DNA of 64,000 nt, taken from IMG/VR virus record IMGVR_UViG_3300037190_000626, positions 13,960 to 77,959 of that record; one strand, 5' to 3'. Below are positions 33,820-44,242 of this stretch, piece by piece; positions within the stretch are counted from its first letter, which is position 1; every line of letters begins with the position of its first letter. The notes below the pieces were generated by a model. That model did no database searches. It was not told the origin of the DNA and saw only the letters and a program-made list of their open reading frames with translations. Source of the stretch: a virus. A program made the translations under genes and the position numbers.

Positions 33820-36800
33820 ATTGAGACGTAAGATAAGTATGGATGCGTCTGGCCCTCCTCAACTGGGGACAGCCAGAACGTTGTCTAAGGCCGCTGATGC
33901 CGACAGGAAATTTGATCGTCAGCGAAAAGATGTTGAGGGGGTAGGTATGTATCCTTTGAATGCTCCCGGCATGCCTCTTCCACCGCCTATCGGCGGCTTT
34001 GTGAAAATGGCTGAGTATATGGGAGACAAGGAAACTGTCATCAGCCAGAAAACTAGGAAGGGTGTCAAGATCACGGAGTTCGATCCTAGCGATATGCTTA
34101 AGGAGTTGTACGCGGAGGCCCTACGTAACCCCAATTTCCAGTGCAAAGTGTCGGTGGGACCGCACAGGGAAAAGCTGGCACAGTTTGTACCGGGTCACAT
34201 CTGGGGCCAGCATATTATCGACGAAGGTAAGGGCGTAGACGGTCCTCATCCTGCGAAGGTGATGATTATCGGCAAGATGCCGTGGAAAGAGGAGGTGTCT
34301 AATCAGCGCAATATGACCGGTGAGTCGGGTCAGCTGTTGACAGACATTCTCAGCGAGTTGCGTGTTCGTGGTTGGGGTAAGTGGTATGTAACTAACGTTC
34401 TTAAGTTTATGCCGCCAGACCTATCTACACGGATTAAAAGTCTGTGGTTGAAGGATTGCCTTCCGTTGCTACATCAGGAATTGCGGATTGTAAAGCCGGA
34501 TTTTATCCTGTGCCTAGGGACAGACGCGAGTAAGTCTCTTCTAGGTCCGAAGCACACTGTTTCGTACATGGATGGGCGTGTAGAGGAGATCACATTTCCT
34601 ACAGCCTTCGATTCTTCTGATCCTGAGGGACTGCGGGAACACACAGCTAAAGTGATGGGTGTAGTTCATCCGGCGCAGGTTATGCGTGATCCGTCTTCCC
34701 GTCGTCAATTGGAAAAAGGACTTTCTCGGTTCAGTATGCTGGTACGAGGTAGGGATTTGTCCGAGGGCGAAGATGATATAGATCACCGGACCATCGATCA
34801 TAGCGACGCTTTATTGTCTTTACTTCTGGAGATAGAAGATAACGAAGAGTTTAGTAAGACAAACGTTGTTGCTGTTGATGCAGAGTGGCATGGAGACCAC
34901 CCTGTGAATGCTGGTAGCTACATGCGGACTATTCAGTTTGCGTGGCTACCTAAGTGTGCTGCGGGCATTAAGCTCACTGGCCCCGGGGGTGCGGAGGTCT
35001 TCAGGGACAGCGATGGTAATGTCAACGTAGACGACGCTATTAGTTTGTTAAACGCATTCTTCCGTGGCGGAACATACGGGGAACATAAGTTCCGGGCTAA
35101 AAGAGTAGTTGGGCACTTTTTTAATGCGGACCTTGAGTGGCTTGTCCATTACGGTTTAGACCTGCGGAAGTCTTTCTCTACCCCGTTGTACGATTTAAAA
35201 ATAGAAGACGAGACATCTCCATATCTTAAATTAGGGTTTTCGGTTGGTGACGTAGTTCCCGCATGGTACCGCTCAAAATACGAGGGCGGAGCTGATACGG
35301 GATTGATGGTGCACGCCATTGAAGAAACGGCACAGTACAAGTTGGAATCTCTCGCTATTCGCTACACCATGGCTCCTAGATATGACGCCGCTTTGGGGGA
35401 GTGGAAAACACAGCACTGCAAGGAGAAGGGTTTTTCCTCGAAGGGTTTGGAGGGGTACGGGGAGTGCCCTGACGACGTATTGTTACCTTATGGAATTTAC
35501 GATGCGGATGTCACTCTTCGGCTTTTCTATCAGTTTGATGTTCTTTTGGATGAGGATTATGACGGTAACTGTTGTAGAGAGGCTTTTTGGGAATCGCAAG
35601 TAGCTACTCCCGCTGTGTTGGAGATCCACCAGACCGGGGTTCTTCTTAACATGGAAAGAGTTACTACACTCACACAGGCATTCTTGGGTGCCCGCGACGA
35701 AAAGATAGAGAAGCTCAGAGAATTGATGAAGTGGCCGGAGTTTAATCCCCGGTCATTGCAGCACGTTCGTGAGTTCCTCTTTGGGGTGCCGCTGAGCGGC
35801 AAGAGGGACGCGGACGGCAATCCTGTGCGTCTTGGACCCTCAGACGCGTTACGGCTGAATTTGGAGCCTTTGTTTGATACTTCTAAGCCGCCCAAGGCGT
35901 GGGTAGATATTAAAGCAATAGGCAAAGAGGACGAGCATAATCCCAGCACCGGAAAGCAGGCTTTGTCTATTATTGCGCAAGAAGCTGGTGATCTGTTCCT
36001 TCTTGGTCCGGATTTCCCGTCGGCTGGGGATTATGTGAACCTCTTGCGAGACCACAGATTTTTGGATCAGGTACTCAAGACTGTTTTACGCCCGCCGGAG
36101 ATGGATGAGGACGGTAATTTTGTACGTGATGAGAATGGCGATCTAGACTACAGGGAGGGTCTGGCTGGTCATACTTGTGACGATGGTCGTGTACGGACTC
36201 ACATCTATCAGACTTTGGAAACTGGCAGATGGGCATCGGCCCGGCCAAACTTGCAAAATATCTCGAAGAGCCGGGATAACGATTACAAACGGCTACTCGG
36301 GGACGGTTATAAGCATAAGCTTAGGTCTATGTTTACGGCTTCTACTGGTACTGTTTTTGTAGAGGCTGATTATGTGGGTGCTGAGTTGTTTGGAATGGCC
36401 ATTATGTCGGGTGACACGCGTATGATCGACCATGCTAAACGTAACCAACTAGGTGAGTCAGATCCGGATTTCTATGATATTCACAGCAATGTTGCGAAGT
36501 TCGCATTTGGTTTAGATTGTGCCCCTACGAAATCAGGCCTTGTCGCTATAAATGCGTCTCATTTGCGAATTGTCGCTAAGAGTGTAATATTTGGGATAGC
36601 TTACGGTCGTGGGGCCAAGGCTATCGCAGTAGCGGCAAAGGAACAAGGAATAGATATTAGTGTGGGGGATGCGCAACGTATCATTGACGCTATATTTTCT
36701 ATGTACCCGGGTTTAAAACCGTTTTTTGCGGAGTGTCAGGCACGCGCAGTTCGCGATGAGATCCCGGGGTCTCCCGGGGGTGCTTGTTATGAGGGCTGGC

Positions 36801-37267
36801 TATGTAATTGTTTTGGGCGTCACCGCCGCTTTCCTGAGGTCAATAGAAACGACCGAGGGGTTCGCGGGGAATTTGGACGTCAGGCAATGAATTTTCCTAT
36901 TCAGTCGATGATCGCAAGTGTAGTGAGCCGGGCAATGGGTCATCTATACCAAGCTAGAGAGGATACAGGAGACCCCGATTTGTTCCGTATTTTCTTGCAG
37001 ATTCATGACGCCATTCTTCTGGAGGTTCCTTATGCGAACGTGAAGTATGTGTGCGAGGAAGTTCTACCGTTCGCAATGCGTGATTGTGTTCCTATATACC
37101 CATCTGACTTGGAGGGCAATTCTTTCTCTGATGATCCGTATTACCTAGGAATTGAAGCCGAGGTAATGGAGCATTGGGGCGAGCCAATCACCGAGGAACG
37201 GGCTGTAGACTTGGGACTCCCTACGGGAGTGCACGTTGGTAGCGGGAATGTGGTTAATTACACCTAA
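33812..37267 (+). CDS. Family A DNA polymerase with N-terminal uracil-DNA-glycosylase-like domain
   Basis: UDG4-like region (VMIIGKMP...GESGQLL...TNVLK...VHPA), 3'-5' exonuclease (VDAEW, YDAD), motif A EADYVGAEL, motif B RIVAKSVIFGIAYG, motif C QIHDA. Confidence 0.92.
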   Translation: MARLRRKISMDASGPPQLGTARTLSKAADADRKFDRQRKDVEGVGMYPLNAPGMPLPPPIGGFVKMAEYMGDKETVISQKTRKGVKITEFDPSDMLKELYAEALRNPNFQCKVSVGPHREKLAQFVPGHIWGQHIIDEGKGVDGPHPAKVMIIGKMPWKEEVSNQRNMTGESGQLLTDILSELRVRGWGKWYVTNVLKFMPPDLSTRIKSLWLKDCLPLLHQELRIVKPDFILCLGTDASKSLLGPKHTVSYMDGRVEEITFPTAFDSSDPEGLREHTAKVMGVVHPAQVMRDPSSRRQLEKGLSRFSMLVRGRDLSEGEDDIDHRTIDHSDALLSLLLEIEDNEEFSKTNVVAVDAEWHGDHPVNAGSYMRTIQFAWLPKCAAGIKLTGPGGAEVFRDSDGNVNVDDAISLLNAFFRGGTYGEHKFRAKRVVGHFFNADLEWLVHYGLDLRKSFSTPLYDLKIEDETSPYLKLGFSVGDVVPAWYRSKYEGGADTGLMVHAIEETAQYKLESLAIRYTMAPRYDAALGEWKTQHCKEKGFSSKGLEGYGECPDDVLLPYGIYDADVTLRLFYQFDVLLDEDYDGNCCREAFWESQVATPAVLEIHQTGVLLNMERVTTLTQAFLGARDEKIEKLRELMKWPEFNPRSLQHVREFLFGVPLSGKRDADGNPVRLGPSDALRLNLEPLFDTSKPPKAWVDIKAIGKEDEHNPSTGKQALSIIAQEAGDLFLLGPDFPSAGDYVNLLRDHRFLDQVLKTVLRPPEMDEDGNFVRDENGDLDYREGLAGHTCDDGRVRTHIYQTLETGRWASARPNLQNISKSRDNDYKRLLGDGYKHKLRSMFTASTGTVFVEADYVGAELFGMAIMSGDTRMIDHAKRNQLGESDPDFYDIHSNVAKFAFGLDCAPTKSGLVAINASHLRIVAKSVIFGIAYGRGAKAIAVAAKEQGIDISVGDAQRIIDAIFSMYPGLKPFFAECQARAVRDEIPGSPGGACYEGWLCNCFGRHRRFPEVNRNDRGVRGEFGRQAMNFPIQSMIASVVSRAMGHLYQAREDTGDPDLFRIFLQIHDAILLEVPYANVKYVCEEVLPFAMRDCVPIYPSDLEGNSFSDDPYYLGIEAEVMEHWGEPITEERAVDLGLPTGVHVGSGNVVNYT

Positions 37268-37275
37268 CAGGGAGG

Positions 37276-37965
37276 TTGAAACTTGTTGTGTTTGTTGTAA
37301 TCGAAGGTATAGATGGTGCCGGTAAAGGTACACACACGAGGCGACTGGAAGAGGAATTGACGGGGGCAGGTTTAGACGCCTGTTCCTTCAGTTTCCCCGG
37401 ATACGAGTTTACTAAGTTTGGAAAACTTGTAGGGGAGTATCTGGACGGTAAGTATGGAGAGGCGTTAGAGAAGTTTCCTGAGCTGATCGCCACTTTGTTT
37501 GCGGTCGATCGTTTTGAGAGGAAAGAGGACTTGGAAGCTAATATCAAGTCACGAGACATCGTTCTTTGTGACAGGTATTGTTCCAGCAATGTGGGGTATG
37601 GATGCGCCAAGATTGCGAAAGAGGAGAGGGATTCATTTGCAAAATTCCTCACGTGGTTGGATTACGACTTGTTTGGGATGCCTATTCCAGACGTGGTAAT
37701 CTATTTGGATATTCCCGTAAAATTTTCTGCTCAGCTCGTAGCAAAGAAGCAAGCACGCAGCTATACTGACAAAGCTGAAGATTTGCATGAGGCAGATCAC
37801 GAATTCCTCGGAAGAGTTGCTAGTAATTATCGCTCACTGGTCCAAGACCAAACACGTTACCGTAATTGGGTAACGATTAACTTAGAGCGAAACGGGCACC
37901 TCCGAAAAGAAGACGACGTCTTCGAGGACATCTTGACTACCGTGCGAAACTTTTTGCATGAGTAA
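37276..37965 (+). CDS. tmk: Thymidylate kinase
   Basis: IEGIDGAGKGT, FSFPGY, LCDRY, PDVVIYLD. Confidence 0.9.
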   Translation: MKLVVFVVIEGIDGAGKGTHTRRLEEELTGAGLDACSFSFPGYEFTKFGKLVGEYLDGKYGEALEKFPELIATLFAVDRFERKEDLEANIKSRDIVLCDRYCSSNVGYGCAKIAKEERDSFAKFLTWLDYDLFGMPIPDVVIYLDIPVKFSAQLVAKKQARSYTDKAEDLHEADHEFLGRVASNYRSLVQDQTRYRNWVTINLERNGHLRKEDDVFEDILTTVRNFLHE

Positions 37966-37999
37966 AATGAGTAAAAAATGAGAAAAAAAGGAGAAAGAA

Positions 38000-39691
38000 A
38001 TGGCGAAGAAATTATCTCGCAACATCAAGCCTCGCGAAAAGGCTACGGCAGCCGAGCGTCAGCTCAGGCAGCCTCAGGAAGACGGACCTTCCACATTTAT
38101 CCCAAGTGGTGATTACACGATTAATCCTACGCTGTCGGGAGTGCGTTTGGAACGCTTTTCGTCTATCTGGAGCAAGGAAGGTTCGAGTGCTTCGTTTCGA
38201 GTCTGGAATCATCTAGACGAGAAAGACCCAGAGAATAATCTATACCGAGGCCGTCTTGGTCCCCGCATGGATGAACTTGGTGGGATGAGTATGTTCGGGC
38301 CCGTCGTAGTGGCCCCGTTTGTAGGTCTTGGACCTAAGGATGTTCCTAATGGACAGGGACAGAAGTCTACATTTATTGTCACAAAAGATGCACCTCGTGT
38401 GCGGTCTTTGAAGTGGAAGAAAAATGTGACAGACGTCCTTAAGGAAAATGTACCGTTTTGGGAGCTTCCTTACCCGTCGTTCTACGATGCGTGTAAGAAC
38501 GCTTTTAAGGCAGGTAAATTTGCTTCCGGCGGTCCACGCTGGGATTCTGAGTGGAATTCCCTAATGGACAACTCCGACGGTAAAGCCCCCATCGTGGATA
38601 TGAAAACACGATATTTTGTAGTAGGGCATTTCTATGAGCTTGGTCCCGATTTCAATACCCAACACCAGACGATTAGACGGTGGGACGGTCAGAAAGAAAC
38701 GACCAGTATTCTAGATCGAAAGGGCGTTCCTTACGGGCTCGGTGACAATGATCCTTTGGTTGTTGCATGGATGTCCGGTAATGCCGGTGAAAAAGTCTTG
38801 GATTTGTGTAAGACTTTGAAAGATGAGTGGAGTGGTGATGAGGAGGCTAACCCTGCGCTTCCCTACAAGTACGGTGATCCTTGTGGTACTTACAATAAGG
38901 AAACCGGCGGTGTGGACGGCGGGTTGATTTTCACCATGTTTAATCCGGAAATGTATCAACCGGAGAACCACGACCATTCTACTTGGGATGGGCGGATTCC
39001 TTCTCCCTCTGACTTCTCCAGCTACCAAGTTTCAGTTAGTCGTTCTTACACGGCAGCAGATGGAACGAAGTTCACCGGAGATATGGCACCTGAAGCAGCC
39101 CAGAAGATTTTCGATAAGAATCTTTATCCGTGGGCACAAGAGGGTGACGAGTCGGACAGCACACTTCTTCACGAGGCTACGGTCGAGGAAGAAGCGGTTC
39201 TGGTTGCCAAGGGTTTCGCGGATGTTCCTAAGCTTGTCGAGTTCGCTTGGACGAGTCACCCGGAATATCTGGAGTTTGACGAGGTGCAATCTGTTCTTCG
39301 CAAGCGTACGTCCGTCAGTATGCCGGAATCTGCGTTTGAAGATGACGGTCCCGGAACTGGAATGTTTGAAACGCTTGAGGAAGTTCCCGTTCCCAGTGCC
39401 CCTGCCGAGACGCCTACCGCAGTCGACGAGTTCGACGAAGAGACTGGTGGTGAACTAGAGGCTGAAGCACCGTCCGCAGCGGACGATACTGAGTTTGACG
39501 AGTTTGCACAGTCGTTTGTGTCCGACGGTTCATTTGAAGAAGACGAGGGTGCTTCCGCTGAGTTTGACCCAGAAAAGGAAGCCGACGAGCTTTCCGAATC
39601 CATGGGGGAAAGTTTGTCCAAGGCTAGTAAAGCGTTAGCCAAATCAGCTAAGCGATCTAGTCCGAAACGCAAGCTAAACCCGCGCAGTTAG
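38000..39691 (+). CDS. Hypothetical protein with long acidic tail (possible ssDNA-binding protein)
   Basis: Position between tmk and the RecA-like gene, plus a D/E-rich C-terminus. Function is inferred only. Confidence 0.45.
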   Translation: MAKKLSRNIKPREKATAAERQLRQPQEDGPSTFIPSGDYTINPTLSGVRLERFSSIWSKEGSSASFRVWNHLDEKDPENNLYRGRLGPRMDELGGMSMFGPVVVAPFVGLGPKDVPNGQGQKSTFIVTKDAPRVRSLKWKKNVTDVLKENVPFWELPYPSFYDACKNAFKAGKFASGGPRWDSEWNSLMDNSDGKAPIVDMKTRYFVVGHFYELGPDFNTQHQTIRRWDGQKETTSILDRKGVPYGLGDNDPLVVAWMSGNAGEKVLDLCKTLKDEWSGDEEANPALPYKYGDPCGTYNKETGGVDGGLIFTMFNPEMYQPENHDHSTWDGRIPSPSDFSSYQVSVSRSYTAADGTKFTGDMAPEAAQKIFDKNLYPWAQEGDESDSTLLHEATVEEEAVLVAKGFADVPKLVEFAWTSHPEYLEFDEVQSVLRKRTSVSMPESAFEDDGPGTGMFETLEEVPVPSAPAETPTAVDEFDEETGGELEAEAPSAADDTEFDEFAQSFVSDGSFEEDEGASAEFDPEKEADELSESMGESLSKASKALAKSAKRSSPKRKLNPRS

Positions 39692-39710
39692 TAATAGTTC
39701 CTTTCAGTAG

Positions 39711-39750
39711 AGCAGGGAGGCTCCGTAGGCGGAGTCTCCCTGCTTTTTGT
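39711..39750 (+). terminator. Rho-independent terminator
   Basis: AGCAGGGAGGCTCCG-TAGG-CGGAGTCTCCCTGCT followed by TTTT. Confidence 0.8.
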
Positions 39751-39772
39751 TAGGGGATAGGAGTGATTAGTT

Positions 39773-41221
39773 ATGGGTAAGAAGAAGAAAAAAGAAGATA
39801 ACTCTTTTGAAGCGCAGTTGGAGGGGTTATTGCCTGCTTCCGAGGAGAAGGAGGAGGCACCGGAAGTTACTGCGAAAGAAACTACTAATATCCCTCCAGC
39901 GCAGTCCGAGCATAGTTACGCCGGTAAAGGTCCTGTGATCTCTAAGAAGAGGAAAGAGGACCTTCGTGCGAAGTGGAACGTTGTTAATCGTACCGACCAG
40001 CTGGATGCGATGATGGACGGGATGATGGAGACCGCCAAGAATAAATTCAACGCCGAGTCGGTGTACGGCAGTAGTGAGGATTTCTCCGCTGTTGTGGTGG
40101 GTATCCCTCTTCCTAGTCTTTCTTTGGAGTATGTCACGGGAAATACTGTTTGGCCGTTGTCTTCGGTAGCTCAGATTGCAGGACGGTGGGGGACGTGTAA
40201 GTCTTCTCTGGCGTACGACATCTTTCGTTGGTTTTACGAGTATGGGGGCCGCAGCATCTGCTTAGACACGGAATCTAAGTTTAATCCTGAACTGTGTCGC
40301 AGCATTATGCGATCAGGTGATGACAGTCGTGCGTTCCATTACAACCGGTGTAAGTCGGTCGAGGACTGGCAAGACCGCATGACTTTTTATGTGCGGGAAT
40401 GGAAGAAGACGCTGCTCGGCACGAAGGAGAAGCCGGGACCCGGAAAAGTTGTTCCCGTGGTGTTTTCTCTCGATAGTCTGGCAGGAGCCAGTAGCGACGA
40501 GGTGCAGGAGAAGATCCTCAAAGAGGGGCATGCGAGTCGTATGCATCCCGTAAATGCCTTGAAGAATAGCATTTACTTATCCGGAATTCGCGGCGAGTTT
40601 GATTACTGGCCTTTCAGTCTCCTGATTGTTAATCACCTGAAGGAACGGACGGACGACACTGGTCGACAGTCTGATTATACTCCCGGCGGCGAGCGATTTA
40701 ACTTTATCGAGACTTACGAGCTTAGAACCAGTGTTTGGTCTAAGAGAATCGCCAATACGAAGTTTGAGGGTGTGGGTATTCGTATCACGTGCTCTAAGAA
40801 TTCATTGGCCCCTACCAATCGCAGAATACGCACCAGATTGTTGTGGTGGACAGAGTTCAGCGATGCGGGCGAGAAGACGGGTGATTTCAGGGTGTGGGAT
40901 TGGAATTGGAGTACTGTTGCCATGCTTTATGACTTGCAGACAAACGGGCGAGGCCCTGAGGGTGCAAGGCTGAAGAAGCTTGGCTGGAAAATGGATTTCA
41001 AATCTCCAGCCGCAGACATTGAATGTTTGGCCAGTTCTCCTCTGCTGGGCATGAAGAAGGGGGAATTCCTCCCGTGGCCGGAAGTGGGAGAGATGATTCA
41101 CAATAATCCCGAGGTGATGCAGCTTCTGCGCACAGCACTGGGAATTGAAGATAGACGTAATATGTCACTTGGAGAAGATTATGAAGAGCAAGTAAGAACT
41201 GAGAAGAGTAAATTACGATGA
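39773..41221 (+). CDS. RecA/UvsX-like recombinase
   Basis: QIAGRWGTCKSS Walker A, LDTES, SLDSLAG, IVNHLK, TPGG, SKNSLAP. Confidence 0.8.
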   Translation: MGKKKKKEDNSFEAQLEGLLPASEEKEEAPEVTAKETTNIPPAQSEHSYAGKGPVISKKRKEDLRAKWNVVNRTDQLDAMMDGMMETAKNKFNAESVYGSSEDFSAVVVGIPLPSLSLEYVTGNTVWPLSSVAQIAGRWGTCKSSLAYDIFRWFYEYGGRSICLDTESKFNPELCRSIMRSGDDSRAFHYNRCKSVEDWQDRMTFYVREWKKTLLGTKEKPGPGKVVPVVFSLDSLAGASSDEVQEKILKEGHASRMHPVNALKNSIYLSGIRGEFDYWPFSLLIVNHLKERTDDTGRQSDYTPGGERFNFIETYELRTSVWSKRIANTKFEGVGIRITCSKNSLAPTNRRIRTRLLWWTEFSDAGEKTGDFRVWDWNWSTVAMLYDLQTNGRGPEGARLKKLGWKMDFKSPAADIECLASSPLLGMKKGEFLPWPEVGEMIHNNPEVMQLLRTALGIEDRRNMSLGEDYEEQVRTEKSKLR

Positions 41222-41799
41222 ATAATGAGCAACACCCGCTCTCGCCCCTTTCTATCCCGGATTACGATGATTCGGCAGTTAAGGTTGAGAAGTGGGAATC
41301 CGCCCGTGTGGAGTACACGATCAGGAGATTAAAGCTTGGGAATCATGTTCTCAAGGAGTTGCGATCACGCGTAGCCGGAGGGAGACTGTCATTCGATGAT
41401 TTCAATAACAGATTTCCCACGTTTCCTATGCTTTTGAGCGCTAGCTCACTGCCCGACGAACAACCACTGCACAGGCACCCGAAGGGTATTCACCCTATGT
41501 GGTTTAAGTCGTTTACCGGGCTTCCGTTCATCCGTTTCTACGAGGAGGAGTTAGCAAGATACAAAGACGATATTTTTGGAGACGAGCCGAGGATACTAGG
41601 GATGGTTTTCCCGCGAAAAGGATTCGCACACGGTTTGATCGTTCACAACGGAGAGTGGCAAGCGTACCTGCCTAAAAATTCAGGTTGCCATTTGTATCAA
41701 GGAGGGAAAGTTAAAGCCATGACGTTGGTAGTTCAACCTTTTACCGCGTTATTGGATCACATTCGGGAAGGGCTCCATTGGGAGCCTGCTAACCCGTAA
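41218..41799 (+). CDS. Hypothetical protein
   Basis: 193-aa ORF with an ATGA overlap. Confidence 0.55.
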   Translation: MNNEQHPLSPLSIPDYDDSAVKVEKWESARVEYTIRRLKLGNHVLKELRSRVAGGRLSFDDFNNRFPTFPMLLSASSLPDEQPLHRHPKGIHPMWFKSFTGLPFIRFYEEELARYKDDIFGDEPRILGMVFPRKGFAHGLIVHNGEWQAYLPKNSGCHLYQGGKVKAMTLVVQPFTALLDHIREGLHWEPANP

Positions 41800-41822
41800 A
41801 TTCTGGAATTTAGGAGTGTTTA

Positions 41823-42866
41823 TTGATGACTACTTTAATATTGGCAACCACCGACAAAGCCCGCGAGAATATTCTTGAGAGCATGGAAGAGAAGACTCGC
41901 CACTTGGCAGTTGAAGGTGGTAGTAAACTGAAAAACCTGCATACCGCAGGCATTTTGCTGTATTACGAATTGGGCGAAATGATTAACGATCTCTCTACGG
42001 ATGAGACGATTGATGGCGATGGTGAGATTACTAAGCTCGCGCAGTACTGGGGTATTGATAATACCAATAAGCTGTACGAGTGGCGTAATACTGCCATGAC
42101 TTTTGATAAAGCATTTCTGGCTGCGCAGGCACGTGTGCCGTTGCCCAACGGTCGGGAAATTACTTTCGAGCATTTTAAAGCGCTCCGCAGGGTTGAGGAC
42201 CCCAGTACCCGCGAGAAGCTTCTGAAGCAAGTCCGCAAAGACAGTTGGTCTGCATCCGATCTGGCCTCGGAAATTCGGGCTACTGGAAGTGTTAAGACGA
42301 AGCGACAGGGTGGGCGGAATCCGTCGATTCCTACCACGGCAGCGTCTATGGTGCAGAAGTGTTTCACACAGGCTCAGCAACTTCAGCGTTATTTGGTTGC
42401 TGTGTCGCCTGAGGTGGATCAGAAGTTCGAGGAAATTCCCGCTGACGAAGCTACGGAGAAGTTGCTCGAAACCATTGACAGCACGTCTGCCGTGTTAGAT
42501 ACCGTGAAGGAATACATTGCTGATTTCCACGAGTCACTCGATACGGCCAGAGAGCGTGTGGTTACGATTATGGATAATACGGAAAATCAAGCAGCAACTG
42601 CTGTGGAAACTACATCGTCGACTAACATGTACGAAGATGCGGAGGCGATTTATTCAACTGCTGTACGTGCTGAACGTGAAGCGATGGATAGTCCTTCGCC
42701 TAGCGTCGAGGAATTGCGAGCGAGGACTGTTAAGACTGTAGTTAAGAAGAAGCGTGGTCGTCCCAAGGGGAGCACTAATAATGCTTCCGAAGGCGGGGCC
42801 ACCTTAGTTAAGAAGAAGCGTGGTCGTCCTCGCGGAAGTAAAAACAAAAATACTTCTACTGACTGA
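41823..42866 (+). CDS. DNA-binding protein with two C-terminal AT-hooks
   Basis: KKKRGRPKGS and KKKRGRPRGS, encoded by a 24-bp direct repeat (42740-42763, 42806-42829). Confidence 0.65.
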   Translation: MMTTLILATTDKARENILESMEEKTRHLAVEGGSKLKNLHTAGILLYYELGEMINDLSTDETIDGDGEITKLAQYWGIDNTNKLYEWRNTAMTFDKAFLAAQARVPLPNGREITFEHFKALRRVEDPSTREKLLKQVRKDSWSASDLASEIRATGSVKTKRQGGRNPSIPTTAASMVQKCFTQAQQLQRYLVAVSPEVDQKFEEIPADEATEKLLETIDSTSAVLDTVKEYIADFHESLDTARERVVTIMDNTENQAATAVETTSSTNMYEDAEAIYSTAVRAEREAMDSPSPSVEELRARTVKTVVKKKRGRPKGSTNNASEGGATLVKKKRGRPRGSKNKNTSTD

Positions 42867-42892
42867 GGGTGACAAGGATTGATGGAGTTTAT

Positions 42893-42999
42893 GTATCGAC
42901 GGGGATGGGGTTACCTTAGCGGTTGTCGTCGACCCGTTTTATGGGTGTGTGGATACCGGGCTAAAACGTTCGTTACCGCCCCCCATTCCCCGCCGGTAC
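42893..42999 (+). ncRNA. Putative structured intergenic RNA
   Basis: Long imperfect closing stem GTATCGACGGGGATGGGG / CCCCATTCCCCGCCGGTAC enclosing inner helices. Confidence 0.35.
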
Positions 43000-43024
43000 T
43001 TTTCTTCACGGATGGAGAGTAACC

Positions 43025-43861
43025 ATGTGGTCAATTTGTACAGTAACGTACGGTGATTATCCCGAGCTTATCGGCAAGACGTTGGATTCTATCCACGATC
43101 AGTATAATGCCCGAGTGCAGGATATACGTATCGGGCTTAACGCTGTTTCCGAGGCTTCCTTTGACCGGGTTATGCGTTGGTGTGAGGGTTTCCGACTGTG
43201 TCCTGTTTATGTCTATCAGGAGGTGGACAATAGGAATGTCGGTAAATATCCTCTGATGCGTCGTATGTTTTATGAACGTCCTTCTCCGCTTAAGGAGGCA
43301 GAGGGGATCATGTGGTTTGACGACGACAGTTATCTGGATGACAGCGTTACGGATGCGTGGTGGGATAAAGTAGAAAATGTTAGTCGCACCTCTACGGTAG
43401 TTGGGTTACGGCATTTCATCGGTACCCGTGGTAACCAGTGGCAAGGCATTATGGAGCAGCCGTGGTATCGAGGGCAGAAGATACAGAAACGCCATCGCTT
43501 CACGTTCATTACGGGGGGTTGGTGGCTGGCCAAGGCGGAATTTCTTGAAGAGTGGGATTACCCTTTTCCTGAAATTTACCACAATGGGGGCGACTCCATA
43601 TTGGGCGAGTTATGCAGACAACAGCGTGCGTCTATTTTAGATTTTAAGGAAGGCGCACAGTGCCACGCCGATTGTTGCTATAAGAAAGTGGATAGTCGCG
43701 GGGTTGTTCATGTTAACGTTGGAGGACGAAAAGGAAGACGTGGCATAGGTAAGAAGGTCGCTGACGAGGTGTACCCTTGGCAATTTCACGGAGAACGGCC
43801 TGAGACTTATGACCACCATCAATTCGACATAAGGATATACAAATACGATGGAGTTCATTAA
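43025..43861 (+). CDS. GT-A fold (GT2-like) glycosyltransferase
   Basis: SICTVTY, WFDDDSY (DxD), FITGGWW, NGGDS. Confidence 0.7.
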   Translation: MWSICTVTYGDYPELIGKTLDSIHDQYNARVQDIRIGLNAVSEASFDRVMRWCEGFRLCPVYVYQEVDNRNVGKYPLMRRMFYERPSPLKEAEGIMWFDDDSYLDDSVTDAWWDKVENVSRTSTVVGLRHFIGTRGNQWQGIMEQPWYRGQKIQKRHRFTFITGGWWLAKAEFLEEWDYPFPEIYHNGGDSILGELCRQQRASILDFKEGAQCHADCCYKKVDSRGVVHVNVGGRKGRRGIGKKVADEVYPWQFHGERPETYDHHQFDIRIYKYDGVH

Positions 43862-44240
43862 CAAATTTATATCGGTAGAGCAGCATGTACGTTCGGGAAT
43901 ACGTCCAGTTTATCTTATGGACTATGACCCTAAGTATGTGTACCGCACTTTGACATCTTCGCTGGGGTCGTCTGACGAGCCTGAGTGGGCTATTACCGAG
44001 GACAGCGAGAAAGTTCGTATTCCGGTGTTTGCCTATAGGACGGGTAAAGAACCTGAGTCCGGTCTTTTTGGTTACGGCATGCAGATGGGCATGCAGGCAC
44101 TTCATATCAACGAGCACCCGTACGATTGCGTGGTATTAGTGTTGGGAGTAGAGCGCCACGACCTGTCGGACGAAGAGGATGAGGATATAACGGATGCGTA
44201 TAGAGTTTATGTGGGCATTTCATTTGCGAGGGAGAAATAA
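43848..44240 (+). CDS. Hypothetical protein
   Basis: 130-aa ORF in an operon run. Confidence 0.5.
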   Translation: MEFINKFISVEQHVRSGIRPVYLMDYDPKYVYRTLTSSLGSSDEPEWAITEDSEKVRIPVFAYRTGKEPESGLFGYGMQMGMQALHINEHPYDCVVLVLGVERHDLSDEEDEDITDAYRVYVGISFAREK

Positions 44241-44242
44241 TT

